From assembly GCA_010015805.1 (NCBI GenBank), contig ML978125.1, forward strand, positions 496,001 through 560,000: a DNA stretch of 64,000 bases, read 5' to 3'. Positions 27,082 to 39,341 of the stretch are shown here, piece by piece. Source of the DNA: Rhizodiscina lignyota. Its lineage: Eukaryota. The notes under the pieces are model-generated. The model was given only the letters and a program-made list of their open reading frames with translations, made no database searches and was not told the origin of the DNA. The stretch's first letter is position 1. The number at the start of each line of letters is the position of its first letter. Made by a program: the position numbers and the translations under genes.

Positions 27082-29595
27082 ATGGCGACCTTGAACCTCT
27101 CCACCAACGGTCCCTCGATTACAAACAGCTATCAGAAAATCGTCAATTCACCTCCCCCTTCCGGGCCTCAGACCTCATCTGCAACATATGGGCAATGGGC
27201 GGTCTATTCGGTCCAGGCGCCACTTGTCAGCGCATTCCAAAATGATAGTGGGAAGGAGAGCGTCCTGAAGGTGCAGACAACTGGAGAGGGCGAGTTGGCG
27301 GATCTTGTCGAGGAGTTTTCCGATGGCCGCATCCAGTTTGGTTTCGTAAAGGTCAAGGACCCCAACACGACGCTGCCAAAGTGTGTGTTGGTTGCATGGT
27401 GTGGACAGGGCGTGCCAGAGAGGACGAAAGGCTACTTCACCAGTCACTTGGCTGCGGTGTCAAGGCTCCTCCACGGCTACCATGTTCAAGTCACTGCTCG
27501 ATCAGACGCGGACCTTACGCCAGAGAACATTGTGCAGAAAGTCGCAGACTCCTCCGGCTCGAAATATTCCGGAGGAGGTTCCGTACCTTCCGCACCTGCC
27601 GGTGGACCTCCCCCAGTTGCCTCGAAGCCTGTATTTCAGCCTACACGCGTTGGAGGAGGAGCTGGAGGCTTCAACCCGCTTGGAGCACGATCAAGAGCCC
27701 CAGGGCAGAGCCAACCAACCGACGCAGACGGTTGGGGAGCAGATGCGCCTCCAGTTACTCGAAGCCAGCTGGAGAAGGTCACACCTGCTTACCAACCTAC
27801 CAAAGTGAACATAAACGAGTTAACTTCGAAGCCGCAAGAGCCGTCGCGTTTCAACGCACCATCGGCCCCGAGCAATGGAAACCCTGATGTGGTAAGGGGT
27901 GCGTATCAACCGATTGGCAAAGTCGATATCGCAGCGATTAGGCGGCAGGCGAAAGAGTCTGGACAACTGCAAGATGAAAGACCATCAACTGTCAAAGGTG
28001 CTTATGAGCCTGTGGGCAAGGTTGATATTGCTGCAATTAAGGCTCGCGCGGCCGGCCCTTCCGGTCAATCACCATCGTCTGGTCTCTCCCCATCCGCGAC
28101 TGGAGCGAGCAGGGATGACGATCAACCACCACCACCACCATCTCTTGCAGATCGTTCGGCAGCCTTCCAGCAATCTGAACGTCTGACGTCACTACCAAAA
28201 CCAAAAGTTGCAAACAAGTTTGGTGGTAGCAGTACTTTTACTGGCACCAAGGCGCCTACCCCAGCCGGATTTGGTTCTAAGCCTGTCGCAGCCGCTGCTC
28301 CGGTAGGAACTGCGTCAAAGACATTTGCAGACGAAGGCGGTAAGACTCCTGCGCAGATTTGGGCAGAGAAGAAGGCTCGACAGGCTGGAGGGGGTTCAGT
28401 CACGTCTCCAGGCTTTGGCGGACCAGCATCCCCAATCGCAGCTCAGACAAGTGGCGAAGGAGGCTGGAAGAGTACATACACAGGAAAGTCTTGGGCGCCG
28501 GTGCAGACAACACGCACTGGCCAATCTGCTGCCAGTGCCGGCAGTCAGCCTCACGAAGAACCCCAGGCCGAAGAGCCCAGCTCTCCAGCAGGTGCTGTGA
28601 GCTCGATCCGAGACCGCTTTGCAGGCGCTGCTCCAATGGGAGCACCAGCAAGTCGACCGGTTCCAGAGCCAGCAGAACCACCACCAATGGACATGTCCAG
28701 CAAGCCAAATGCAGGAACGCGGGGCGTGCCTATTCCTGGCCTCCCGACCCGTCCCAGGGAAGAAGATGTCCCGGAGGAGCAGCATGTCAACGTTCCACCA
28801 CCTCCCGCTATGGTGCCACGCGAACCTGAGGAGGAAGAGGAGGAAATCGATGTTCGCCCAAGCTCTCCCATTCGCATCGTCCAGCCCGTTGCTCGCAGCG
28901 CAGAGCCAGAAATTGAGCCCGTGAATGAGCCGGCGCAGGCCATGCCAACGCAATCAATTGCTGCTGCTGCTGGCGCCGCAAGGGCCATCCCTCCAGAGCC
29001 GCACGTCGAAGAAGAAGATCCGGCTCGTGGCGCAGGTCAGGCGGCAGCAGAAACGTCTTTTGGCGCGGGCGCAGCAGCCGCCGACCATGGTGCGGAGGGC
29101 GGTCCACGTGCGCTTGTCCAGTACGACTACGAGAAGGCGGAAGACAACGAAATCGAGCTTCGTGAAGGCGCATTCGTCACAAACATTGACATGGTTGACG
29201 ATGACTGGTGGATGGGCACCAACGAGCATGGCGATCGTGGCTTGTTCCCAAGCAACTATGTCGAGGTCGTCGAAGCAGATGCCCATGGCGGTGAACACGC
29301 GCCGGCTCCGGCAGCGCCAGCGCCAGCTCCAGCTCCAGCTGCACCGGCAGCGTCAGAGGTCAAGTCCGGCCACACTGCTGTTGCACAATACGATTATGAG
29401 GCGGCGGAGGATAACGAGCTGAGCTTCCCTGATGGCGCGACGATCACGGATGTGGTGAGTAAATATAGCCCCGAGTGCTACATTCATGTCTTACTGATTT
29501 TGTTGCAGGAATTCCCTGATGATGACTGGTGGTTCGGTCACTACGGTGGCAAGACCGGCTTGTTCCCGGCCAACTATGTGCAATTGAACGAGTGA
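27082..29595 (+). CDS. ABP1: Actin-binding protein Abp1/drebrin-like (ADF-H domain, Pro-rich linker, two SH3 domains; intron 29455-29508)
   Basis: N-terminal ADF-H (GRIQFGFVKVKDPNTTLPKCVLVAWCG). Two SH3 domains: YDYEKAEDNE...WW...GLFPSNYV and YDYEAAEDNE...WW...GLFPANYV. Confidence 0.93.
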   Translation: MATLNLSTNGPSITNSYQKIVNSPPPSGPQTSSATYGQWAVYSVQAPLVSAFQNDSGKESVLKVQTTGEGELADLVEEFSDGRIQFGFVKVKDPNTTLPKCVLVAWCGQGVPERTKGYFTSHLAAVSRLLHGYHVQVTARSDADLTPENIVQKVADSSGSKYSGGGSVPSAPAGGPPPVASKPVFQPTRVGGGAGGFNPLGARSRAPGQSQPTDADGWGADAPPVTRSQLEKVTPAYQPTKVNINELTSKPQEPSRFNAPSAPSNGNPDVVRGAYQPIGKVDIAAIRRQAKESGQLQDERPSTVKGAYEPVGKVDIAAIKARAAGPSGQSPSSGLSPSATGASRDDDQPPPPPSLADRSAAFQQSERLTSLPKPKVANKFGGSSTFTGTKAPTPAGFGSKPVAAAAPVGTASKTFADEGGKTPAQIWAEKKARQAGGGSVTSPGFGGPASPIAAQTSGEGGWKSTYTGKSWAPVQTTRTGQSAASAGSQPHEEPQAEEPSSPAGAVSSIRDRFAGAAPMGAPASRPVPEPAEPPPMDMSSKPNAGTRGVPIPGLPTRPREEDVPEEQHVNVPPPPAMVPREPEEEEEEIDVRPSSPIRIVQPVARSAEPEIEPVNEPAQAMPTQSIAAAAGAARAIPPEPHVEEEDPARGAGQAAAETSFGAGAAAADHGAEGGPRALVQYDYEKAEDNEIELREGAFVTNIDMVDDDWWMGTNEHGDRGLFPSNYVEVVEADAHGGEHAPAPAAPAPAPAPAAPAASEVKSGHTAVAQYDYEAAEDNELSFPDGATITDVVSKYSPECYIHVLLILLQEFPDDDWWFGHYGGKTGLFPANYVQLNE

Positions 29596-30485
29596 GCTAT
29601 CGACCGCTTAAAATTATGGAGTGCGAGGAGAGGCATTTTTTCTGCTTTTCACGGTGTACAGTTCAAGCGTTATCGTAAAAGTAGGTGTTGAGGCTTTTCA
29701 ACTAAACAAAAATTCAAACACTATCTTGATTTTTCTGTCATATTACGTCACATCCTCCTTGTGCCTGTAAAGGCTCTCTCTTGTTCGCTCTACAAATAGG
29801 CATTTGCGAGGATCAGCATTTCCAATTTGCAGTGTGGGCGTGCAGAGTTGGGCGTACAGTCGACTCCCATGACCGTGGGGTTGATGATACCCTTCGCTTA
29901 GGGCTAAAATTGCAGTGCAGAACGCCTCAGCGATCGATCTCCATAGGCATTCACAATCAGCCTCAGGGGAGATTCGCAAGTAAGCAAGCATCGTCGTCGA
30001 AGGTAAGCAACTACAGGCGCCCTATTACACACGCGGGTGACAGAATAGTTGAGTCCGATTGACTGAACGACTGCAGTAAGAAGCCGTTTTATTTTTCAGC
30101 ACGAGCCAGAGCATCTCTGAACGCTCGACGAAATATGCGCCAGAGCGTGTTAATCAAAATCACGCGGCTTTAGTATGTATAACCTATATCAACTACCGAG
30201 GATATACTTCTTCGCGGCTCGACATATTGCAGCCACGACTCAACTACTTTGTCACCCACTTGGTGCGAGAACACCAGAGGGGCCGACATAACAGGACCAG
30301 GAACGCAGAATTCACCCCAGCGAAGTGCTGATACGCGAGAAGCTCCGTTGGTGAGAAGGGAAGAGTTGTCATTCTATCTAAGCTGACCGTTAAATAGCAT
30401 CAAAGAATAACACATCCGACTTTGGGCTGCTCTCGAATTCATTAAAGAGTAAAATCGTTACGCTTCTTCATTGAGCTCATCCTGT

Positions 30486-32445
30486 TCAATGCTCACAGAA
30501 GTAGAAAGTGTCCTATATGCCATTAGCAATGTGCCGGTTTCAAGCAAGAATGACAGCTTACATTCGACATTTCGGTATTCAGCGCCTCCTTCATGGCCCC
30601 CCTCTCCGCCATCAACTTCTCCCTGACATTCAGCGCCTCGTCCCAACTCATCGGAAAGCCTTCCACCCCCTCAATGATTCTATCGAACAGCTCCTGCGGC
30701 AACTCCTCAAACTCAGGTATTTTCCGCACTTCGTCAGCCCACCAATCCTTCCGCTGCGGCGGTACATGCGCCGTAGACAGCACCCGAATGTTCGGATCAA
30801 CCAAGAACATGACCAAAATCTTCCGATGCCCATCCTTCGTCCGATCCGCAAGACTGAACGGCCGCACGCGATGCTGCATAACGTTTGGGAAGGCCAGGAG
30901 GCGGCCCTCCCTCGTAGCAACGGATCCCAGCTCCTGTATTGCTTCGTTCTCGTTCAAGATTCCATAGTATTCTTCCAACGAGTCGTACTCGTACTGCCCC
31001 GGCCTCATTGTCATTTCCTCGGCGTTGATGGCTTGCCGGAATTCGAGTCTGCTTTCCGTGATGTTGTAGGAGTCGTAGTAGTAGAGCGCAGTGGCGCAGA
31101 TATGCTCATTTAGTGCGCCTTCGACGTGCCATGAGCTGCCGTCGTACTCCGGCTTCTCTGGTGTCAGGTGGATGTTCGCAAGTTTGAATATCACCTGGAG
31201 GCCTTTTGGGAAGTCTTTTCGCAGGTCGACTGGACAAGCACCGGGCGGCGGCTCCTTTTCCGGTGATGAAGCCACTGATGAAGCGAATGAGATGAATGCG
31301 CGAGGTTCGGGCTGCTTCAGGATACGATGCTCTTCTTTCCAATCTCTGTACTCGTCGGTGTACAGGTAATCCGAATCATCGGACTCATGACCGTCATCGT
31401 CGCTGTGCGCGCTGCGCTCTGGGCGTTGATACTTGATTCCTTCCGGAATGAAGTAGTCCTCGTCACTGGTCGTATACACAACAATACGCACTCTATCGTG
31501 AAACCAGGAGAGGCACTCGTTCCAAAGCGGTATAGCATGCTGCACGGCCTTCTCAAGGACATGGTACAGTTTCTCATTTTGCTGCGGGTGAAGGTTGTTA
31601 ATATAGCTCGCGATCTTGATGCCGTCCTGTTCAGTGAAATGGACATCTGAGGGCAACCACTGATATTTGCCCCACGCCTTGAGGTTGTAGTCGCCCCAAG
31701 ACTTGAGTTTCTCGATCGGCTTGAAATCCTCATCAACTGTCTCCTCGATCTCTCCCATGCCAGTAAATGAAGTACAAGCATCAAGTGGGACTGCGCCGAA
31801 CCGCAGCGCGCGGGACAATCCGTACGTCCAAGGAAATAGCGAAGGGTGCACGAGATCGAGCACCTTATTATCCGAGCCTGGGTGCCAATCTTTGAGACGC
31901 TCTGGAACGCCCTCGAGAGGCTTAACACCATCGCGCAAAGCTTGCTTCAGATCTGAAGGTATCGAGTTGTCGGACTTAACGATCGTTGCTTCAGCATCGA
32001 GAACCGCAATCGTTCCAGTTTCCTGGAAGCGTTTCGCCTTGTCTTGGAGCTCCGCAATGCACTTTATAGGAAATCAGTTTGCTTCATGGAGATATGATCT
32101 CTAAGAGGCGATTGGACGTACATAGTCGAACATCTTCTCTGATAGAATCTTATCCCCAAGGTCTTCGACATGGCGGACCGCCTCTTCTTTCCATTTGGCA
32201 ATGATATCATCGTCGAAGACCTTGCGATCCCATTCCGGCTTGTCGCTAATTTGGTCAATGAACTTCAGCATGCGACGCTCACGAATCGTAACCCCGGTGC
32301 TGGCAACGAAGTCGGAGATTGCGTGTGGAAAGCGCTGCGGCTTCTCGAATTCCTTGTGCTTCCAATGCCTCCATTTGGGAAGCCTACGGACAGGTAATCC
32401 AAATCCTGGAAGGAGGTTTGGTTCACGAGAGCTGGAATCCGCCAT
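30486..32445 (-). CDS. DUF4246-type protein, putative 2OG-Fe(II) oxygenase fold (3 exons)
   Basis: Motifs ISDKPEWDRKVFD, DWHPGS..KVLDLVHPSLFP, YQWLP, SYINNLHP, QVIFKLANIHLTPEKP, WHVEG, QHRV, GHRKIL, STAHVPPQ; spliced end FCEH-stop. Confidence 0.85.
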
Positions 32446-33229
32446 TTCTGTGGTAAATGCTTAAGCCTCTGATGAGGAAATTGTGGTGTTTTTGTAGAGC
32501 CAGTTGCAAGGGGCCGAGGGGTGGAGCTGCCTAGACGCTACTCCAGGCACAAGGCGCCGGTCGCGATGCTAACGACTTCCAGAAAGATTTCGAGGCAGAA
32601 AGCTGGAAGTGATTTTTGCCTCGGTGTTTATGAAGCCGGCGAGGATGCTTGGCGTTGAAGAAGAATTGATGCTGTGGCTTTATTTAGCGTCACAGTGATA
32701 TGTAGAGAGGGGATCCACCGGATAGTCTTTCAGTAAGCAGAGGTCAGACTTTGTTCGTCTACAGATATATGGAAAGAGAATAAGTCTTGGAAACATGTCT
32801 ACAACGTCTACAGAGAGCCAAATCCAACGTTTTCACGCTCATTATGGTGGCTCCAGAAAAGTGAAGTCGGAATTGGTAAGGTTTCGCTCCGTACAGCCGT
32901 TTATGTCGGAAATCACGGACAAGTTGGCTGTAAATTTCAAGGCACTGAACAGGAATGGTATATAGCTTCTACAGCTAACAGGAGTACAAGGATTTTAACG
33001 GCGTGTTATCATCATAAACACTCCCGAAAAGGTAAAATATAGCTTTCGCAGAAGTATCAATTACATTGGAGTTCAAAAGCTGCTTGCGCTTAGACGTTGC
33101 AGTTTAGCCGAGCCAGCTATTTTGTCACCTTAATGTTACTGATGCGCACTCACTGCGATCGTTGGGTAAGTCTCCATAAAACGCAGGTGCGCATGACGCT
33201 CGCTGGTATTGAATTGAGGTATGAATTAG

Positions 33230-33345
33230 TTAGCTAGGAAGCTCATGCTTAACCTCAGCTGGAAGCTCATACTTAAAATCAGTAGGAAGCTCGTGCCTAA
33301 TCTCAGTATCAAGCTCGTGTTTAACCTCATTTGATTGCAACTCCC
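33230..33345 (-). repeat. Degenerate 24-nt/8-aa repeats in the cytoplasmic tail (EVKHELDT EIRHELPT DFKYELPA EVKHELPS)
   Basis: Seen directly in the translation. Confidence 0.75.
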
Positions 33346-35275
33346 CGGGCATAGATTGACCCGACATCTCCCTCACCGCATGCCTATCTGCGCTAAGTTC
33401 CACGCGCTTCTTGTCCATTATCATCGGGGGAAGCGGATTATTGGTCTCTAGTTCAGCAATTGCAGGCTCCCTCTTTCGTCGCCGGAGAAACCAAGCAACG
33501 CCCAAGAGAAGAGCGAGGCCTAAGACACCGCCAACAACGCCACCCGCAATAGCTCCAGTATGATTGTGAGAAGTCGAGCTGGAAGTGTTTGATGCTGGCG
33601 AGGTGGGGTTGGCCGTGGGGTTGGATGAGGAATTGGATGAGGAGTTGGACGATGAACTTGATGATCCTTCAAACAGTGCCTTTAACCCTGAAGTAGTCCA
33701 AGACGAAGGGAATCGGCTCCCTCGCTGTTTGTAGTACGCTTGTATCGCTGCTGGCGTGTCGTAGTCGGGCATGCTGGAATCCCACTGGTCAGCCCATTGT
33801 AACGCCGTGAGATCAAAGACCTTCAAGCCCTGTGCAAACTTGTCTGGGTCATTAATCGCCAGGCCGAATGAGCTATTCGGTCCGGGCGGTCCATCATTGT
33901 TTATCGCTGCAAGTGTCGGGTTGAAGCCGCCGATGCTGATCATTTGCCGCCCAATCGAATTGCATGTGTGCCGAACGCGCGGGTCGCTCGGGGTGTAATT
34001 TGCTTTGAACCAGGTGAAAGCAGGCAGTGAGAGGACATAGACTGAGTCTAGTTTCTGATTTGCGGTGATATCAGCCGGGCTTGGATTTTGACCTAAAATC
34101 CCGGGGCCATGTCCGCCGCCATACACGAAGATTTCTGTGTTGTCATGTAAGTTTAAGTGGCACTAGTTAAGGAGAATAATAATTACCGAAAGTACTGTTG
34201 TCAGCTGCTGATGCGCTAACGGTACAGAACTTGTCTCGATCACTCGGAATGTCCCCGGATGCAGTTTGGCTGTACCAAGAGTCTGAAGCTAGATCCAACA
34301 CGGCTATGTTCGCAAGGGATGCGTATGCTTCGCCATCGGTAAAAGTACTTGGATCCGGAGCAACTTGGCCTACAAGGGCGACCGCCAGGCCCTCTTTGCC
34401 CCAAGTCGGAACGTAGGCCAAACCTCCGTTTACTGCCGTACCCGTAGAGGAGACTCCTGATGATGAGTAGTTGGACAGCTTCTGGCTTGTAAAATTGAAG
34501 AACTGAATGCCCTCTCTCGCAATTGATGCAGTCGAACCCTCCGGCGCTTTCGTGCTCGTAGCGTCGGAAACTACTCCGCCGAGATAAAAGCCTCCGATGC
34601 TACCGCTCCCGGCGTCACCTGCTTCTGGTCGGACAAGATTTTGCCATATTGGATCATTGGAGGTGTCCACCTTGCTCCAATTGCCACCTAAGTTGCCTGA
34701 GTTCTGAGCAAATTTCCAGAGTGCTTCAGGCGGCGGAGAGTCGCCCGTCGACCCTGGCGCATTACTCATTGCTCCGCCATAAAGATACGCAGTGTGCCGC
34801 AAGCTATCTTGCCAGAATGAAAGCTCATTAAAGTTCGGGCAAGACTGTTTGTCGATAAACGTAATTGATATGTTCTTGCTTCCGGCAGATGCATTGGTGG
34901 AGAAATTTGAGCCCAGATCGATGGCGATTGTTTGGTTCACTTTAGTACATCAGCATCCGTCAAAGCTGTGGTTTTGCTGTTGTTGGATGATATTATCGAC
35001 TCACGAATTTGCTGATTGGTGGTATTGCCATCTGAGATCGTGTACTCTCCGCCGTCGATGTAAAGTCCATGCCCAAGAATGAACGCTAGGGATTAAAGTC
35101 ATCAGTGCAAAAAGCATAAAGCTAATATCTTGCTGAACTTACAGCCATGATAAAACCTCCGAACAAATCCTTTACGGAGTTGTGTTTCAGTAGATTGCGC
35201 ACGCGAAAACGAAGCGATCACGAGGAGGAAACATAGAGCGGGAAAGGAGAGACTTGGATTTGACATCGTGGACAT
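33230..35275 (-). CDS. Secreted-type Kelch-repeat single-pass membrane protein (about 4 exons)
   Basis: Signal peptide (FPALCFLLVIASFSRA), Kelch-like YIDGG/YLYGG/FYLGG/VYGG, WYSQTASGDIP..R..FC, VYVLSLPAFTW, Ser/Thr stalk, TM helix GAIAGGVVGG...FLRRRK. Confidence 0.85.
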
Positions 35276-35440
35276 TCAGAGACAAAGAGACAGAATAACC
35301 ATCTTGAACGACCGTTAACACTGTCGACGGCTAGGGCACTGACAACGCTGGTGAAGTCAACAACGACAAACGCGACGGTTGTAAACTCTTTTTCAACGTG
35401 ATAGAAGTCTGACTCTATCTGTGCACGTGTATCTTACGAT

Positions 35441-35464
35441 GACACGGCGACACGGCGACACGGC
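35441..35464. repeat. (GACACGGC)x3 tandem repeat upstream of the Kelch gene
   Basis: Exact 8-nt unit repeated three times. Confidence 0.85.
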
Positions 35465-36541
35465 GCATCGTTACACACACGACGAGGCGCCTTTTTACTT
35501 TAAAATTACGGCCCTCGTCTATCGCAGTATATCATAGGTCCGGGAATTCTCATTCGTCAAATTGCCATGGTTTTGAGGCTCTCGTTCAATAACGCCACTG
35601 CAGATCTAGGCGAAATATTATTCCTCCGTCTTATTCCAACGCCGGTGGGTAATCTTGTTTATGTCGCGCGAGTTTTCTCCTTTTAGGAACCCTGTGTTGC
35701 GTACATATGTATAATTTGAGGAAAGTGGTGCTTTATTTTACAAGGGATATGCCACGGAATGTCTGGCAGCGCTCGAGCTGACAGAAATGCTCAAAGGGTA
35801 GACGATAGGGAGTTGATAGGTAGTTGATGAGAAGACCTGGAGGATGATTTGAATTGTCCGTTCTTTGTACCTAGGTTGCCGGTCTCCAGGTTATTAATAG
35901 TACTTACTTACCTAATAAAGGGTTAGGGTTTATGGAAAGCCGTAATATTAGACTCGAGCCAAATGGAATAGAGCACTGTTCATATTTGACAAAGACAAAT
36001 GTAACGAGTTACGTCACGATCGATATCACACTTCGCCTTCTCAGGTTGATTGCTTTCGACCCCTACTTGGAGAAGAAAGTTGAAACTGAAAGAGAGGAGT
36101 TACTTACCTTGCCTCGAGGACAACAAACCGGAGCAAATGTAACTACTGAAGGCAAGCGGGACTATCTCTGAAAGCTTAGCTCTACGTTATATAAATCGTT
36201 TCATTGCGAGAAATGCGCATACTCTCGACACGGGTGAACTGATCAGCCCCCCGAGTTCAATTTCGGGATATCTCTACTCAAACTTGTGCTAGATCATCAA
36301 CTAGTTATGCATCGTACTTTTCGACATGTAGGGTCGCCGTTTGGGCCCACCAAAATACAGCAGAAAGTCCGTGCTCAAGAGATGTACTCAATGCCGATCG
36401 AAAAGACTCCGATGCAATGGACTCGACGGACTCTTCAACATCGTCTCGAAAGGGAAATGGAGCGTACTACGACGAAGGTAAACAGTGTTACGCAGCATGT
36501 AATGAGTCTTTGAAACCAATATCACGGCTCTGTTCTCGCTT

Positions 36542-38341
36542 CTAAACTTTCAGAATCACAATATCGAGCTCTTCCTCGCCCACTGCATCTCGTATGTCAA
36601 TGTTGCTTGCCGATGTCGTTGTAGATAGAGCACCGTTTCGATAAACCGCCCACTTATGCCCGTTGGGGAGGTTCTTCACTGTAAAGCTGATTTTATGGAC
36701 CGCCGCGTCCCAGCTCTTGAGCGTCACGATCATGCCCTGCATATCCTCGTCCCATGATCCTCTTAAGCAATCAACATCTTGAGACAGGTCAAGACCATCA
36801 ACGTACGGCCTCTTGGCAACATCTTCTCGAGTCCAAGGGTGATCCCACATCTTCTTCTGCCCGTCCTCCACATTGAATCTGCCATATCCAATCGCGGCGT
36901 TGCCGGTGAAGGGGTCCATGTGAGTCCAATTCGCATCCTCGTCCACCTGCTGGTCATTCCGTGGGTAGAAGAGGCCACCATTTTCCCAGGTAGGCTTCAG
37001 TCTGGCGTCTGCATAGTCAAGCAGAGCGTTCAGTTCCGCCGTTTTCCCCAGCTCCGATAGCCATTTCACAACGTAACCAAAAGTTGGTTGAGTGTATGGA
37101 AATTTGATCATGCCTTTATTGCTGAAGAAGAACTCCTTTGCATGCTTCAGTGTCTCTGGCGAGTCGGGTGCGGCGCCTTCTTTGTTTACGAGCTCGCGGA
37201 ACTTCGTGCCCACCATGGTATGCTGCACTTCGGTTTTGCCGTCGATGTTGGTGATATATCCAAGCGACTGCTTGTCGTAGACAGATCTAACAAAATCCGA
37301 GTTCCATGTATTCATAAATGCGTTCGCCCATGCAGTAAAGTCAAGACCGTGGGCGGGCATAACATTCTTCTGGCGCATTCTCCAAGCGTTGACGTAGAGG
37401 CTATCGTCCGTCTGGATCATCTTTCTTTCTGCAGTAGCAGCGCGATACTTTGGCAGGATTTCACCGATCGTGTCAGTACCGTCGCGAACGTCATTATATC
37501 TCATTGCTATGAGCTGCAGATAATCAAGTCAAAAAATTACCAGCATTAGATATTGGGTGAATACTCACCGGAAACTGATTGCAGACGACAAAGACGAGGT
37601 TAGGCTCACAACACACACCTGCCCAACCACTTCGTTCCATCTCATTTAAGATGGCACGTTGTAGACTCCGGTTGTCGTACTTGAAAGCCTCTGGCCCAAA
37701 TCCCCAGAAAATCGGATCCCAGTTGAACACAATTGAGCCCGGCTTCTCAAATTCGTCGCTATCAAAAAGCCATGCGTACAAAGAGGTCATGAGCAGGAGG
37801 TGGCCTGAGTACATGATGTTTTCGGTCACAACCTATGTTAAGTAACTAAATCAGCACAAGTCCCGACTGCTCTTCGCATGACGGAACAACGAACCGGATC
37901 AGCCCATGGCTTTCTTAACTCCTTCAAGTCTGGATCGACCCTGATGCCGCTTTGGCTGGTGAGATACCAGTAGCCCCAGACCTCCCTTCGCAACATCTTG
38001 AGAATAAGGTTGCGCATGAGCGGTTGGAAGAGCGAGCGCATAGCAGGCATATGGTGATAGTGTGCTAGTCCAGCCGCATATGCCATAGTAGCCAATTGGT
38101 AACGGTAGGCATCCAAGAATTCCTGGCCGGGTTCTTGAGCGCCCATGTGAGGCCAATTCCCATCTGTCGCAGATGCTAGGTTGTGAAAGTGGCGAAGATG
38201 TCCTGCTTGTTGCCTTGAAAATTTTGGGTATTTGCTGAGGTCAAGGGACAGCTTTGTAGAGACATCATGTTGACTGTCCTCTCCATTCGTCGTAAGGCGA
38301 AGAGATTCCACCTGCTGCGTGACTGTGGTGGTGGTGGCCAT
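36542..38341 (-). CDS. Linalool dehydratase/isomerase (LinD)-family hydro-lyase-like protein (3 exons)
   Basis: YRYQLATMAYA, WADP|VVTENIMYSGH and GVCCEPNLVFVVCNQ match the LinD ENIMYxGH and CEP...C signatures as recalled. Confidence 0.85.
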
Positions 38342-39341
38342 GACCGTAAGATTAATGGAAACAAGTGCGAGAAAATGTAGGCTTAAGATCGAACAAGAGG
38401 AACAAAGCAGAAGTACTTGATCTGTCGTGCGATATTTGGTATTTCGTAGTGGCTATGTTCTGTTCGCTGCAGGTCGGTTCGGCGATATGGCGGTCAGCGC
38501 CGGGCGAACTAGCGAACCGTTTGCAACGAAGAGATCAGCAGCGATGAAAGCTCGGTGTGTTAAACAAATACGTCACAGCAGTAAGAGGAAGAACGTGCAA
38601 TTTGACTGCCGATGCGGGGGTTGGCTTGAAGGAAAGACATTTCAAGGGGTTAATCCACGGAGATTGTCCATTAATAAGGCAGGATCTAATTCCGCACATA
38701 ATGACCGAAGATGCAGAAAAGTAGGGGACTGCTCTGGGCCCGCAGTCCCAGTCGAGCCGCGGTAGTCTGTAGAAATATCACGGCTTTTGGAAAGACCGCT
38801 TTTGCTCCGCGGTTGACCTCGAGTGGACTTTGCATCGGTCGTATCCTAGCCTCTCACGTGATCTCAGTCTGTGCACGCCACAAAGGCTCCAAATTCTTGC
38901 TCAAGTCAGTTAGTTAGTTTCCAGATAAGCACCAATAATGATATAATATGCCACCAGCGTGATCCTTTCAGGCTATCATCGGCAACGCAAGGCCGCTAGC
39001 TTGATTTGGCCCGTATTTAGAGTGACAGGGATGGCTCTGCGACATCTCGACCTCAACTTCTTTAGGTAATCAGTAGACGCATGCTTGAATTATTGAATAC
39101 CTTACCAGTCTTTAATGCGTTTCCTCCTGACCTCTAAGCATTTCCAAATTGCCTCCTGTTGGAGAAGGCCACGCTTACACATGGAGATGAGCGCTATTTT
39201 CCCTGATTAGCTCTGTATGGCGGCTCTGCGTTGCCACACTGCTAGGATATTCAAAGTGCTGTCAACCATGGACAATATTCGAATCATCCACCAAACTCCA
39301 GCTGTGTTTCAAAGAAGTTTCGAGATACATTCGCAGCTCAG

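Noticed and set aside
35919..35930. AGGGTTAGGGTT as a telomeric repeat or telomerase RNA template
   Set aside because: Only two units, plausible by chance; there is little room for a long telomerase RNA before the Kelch gene and no supporting structure was seen.
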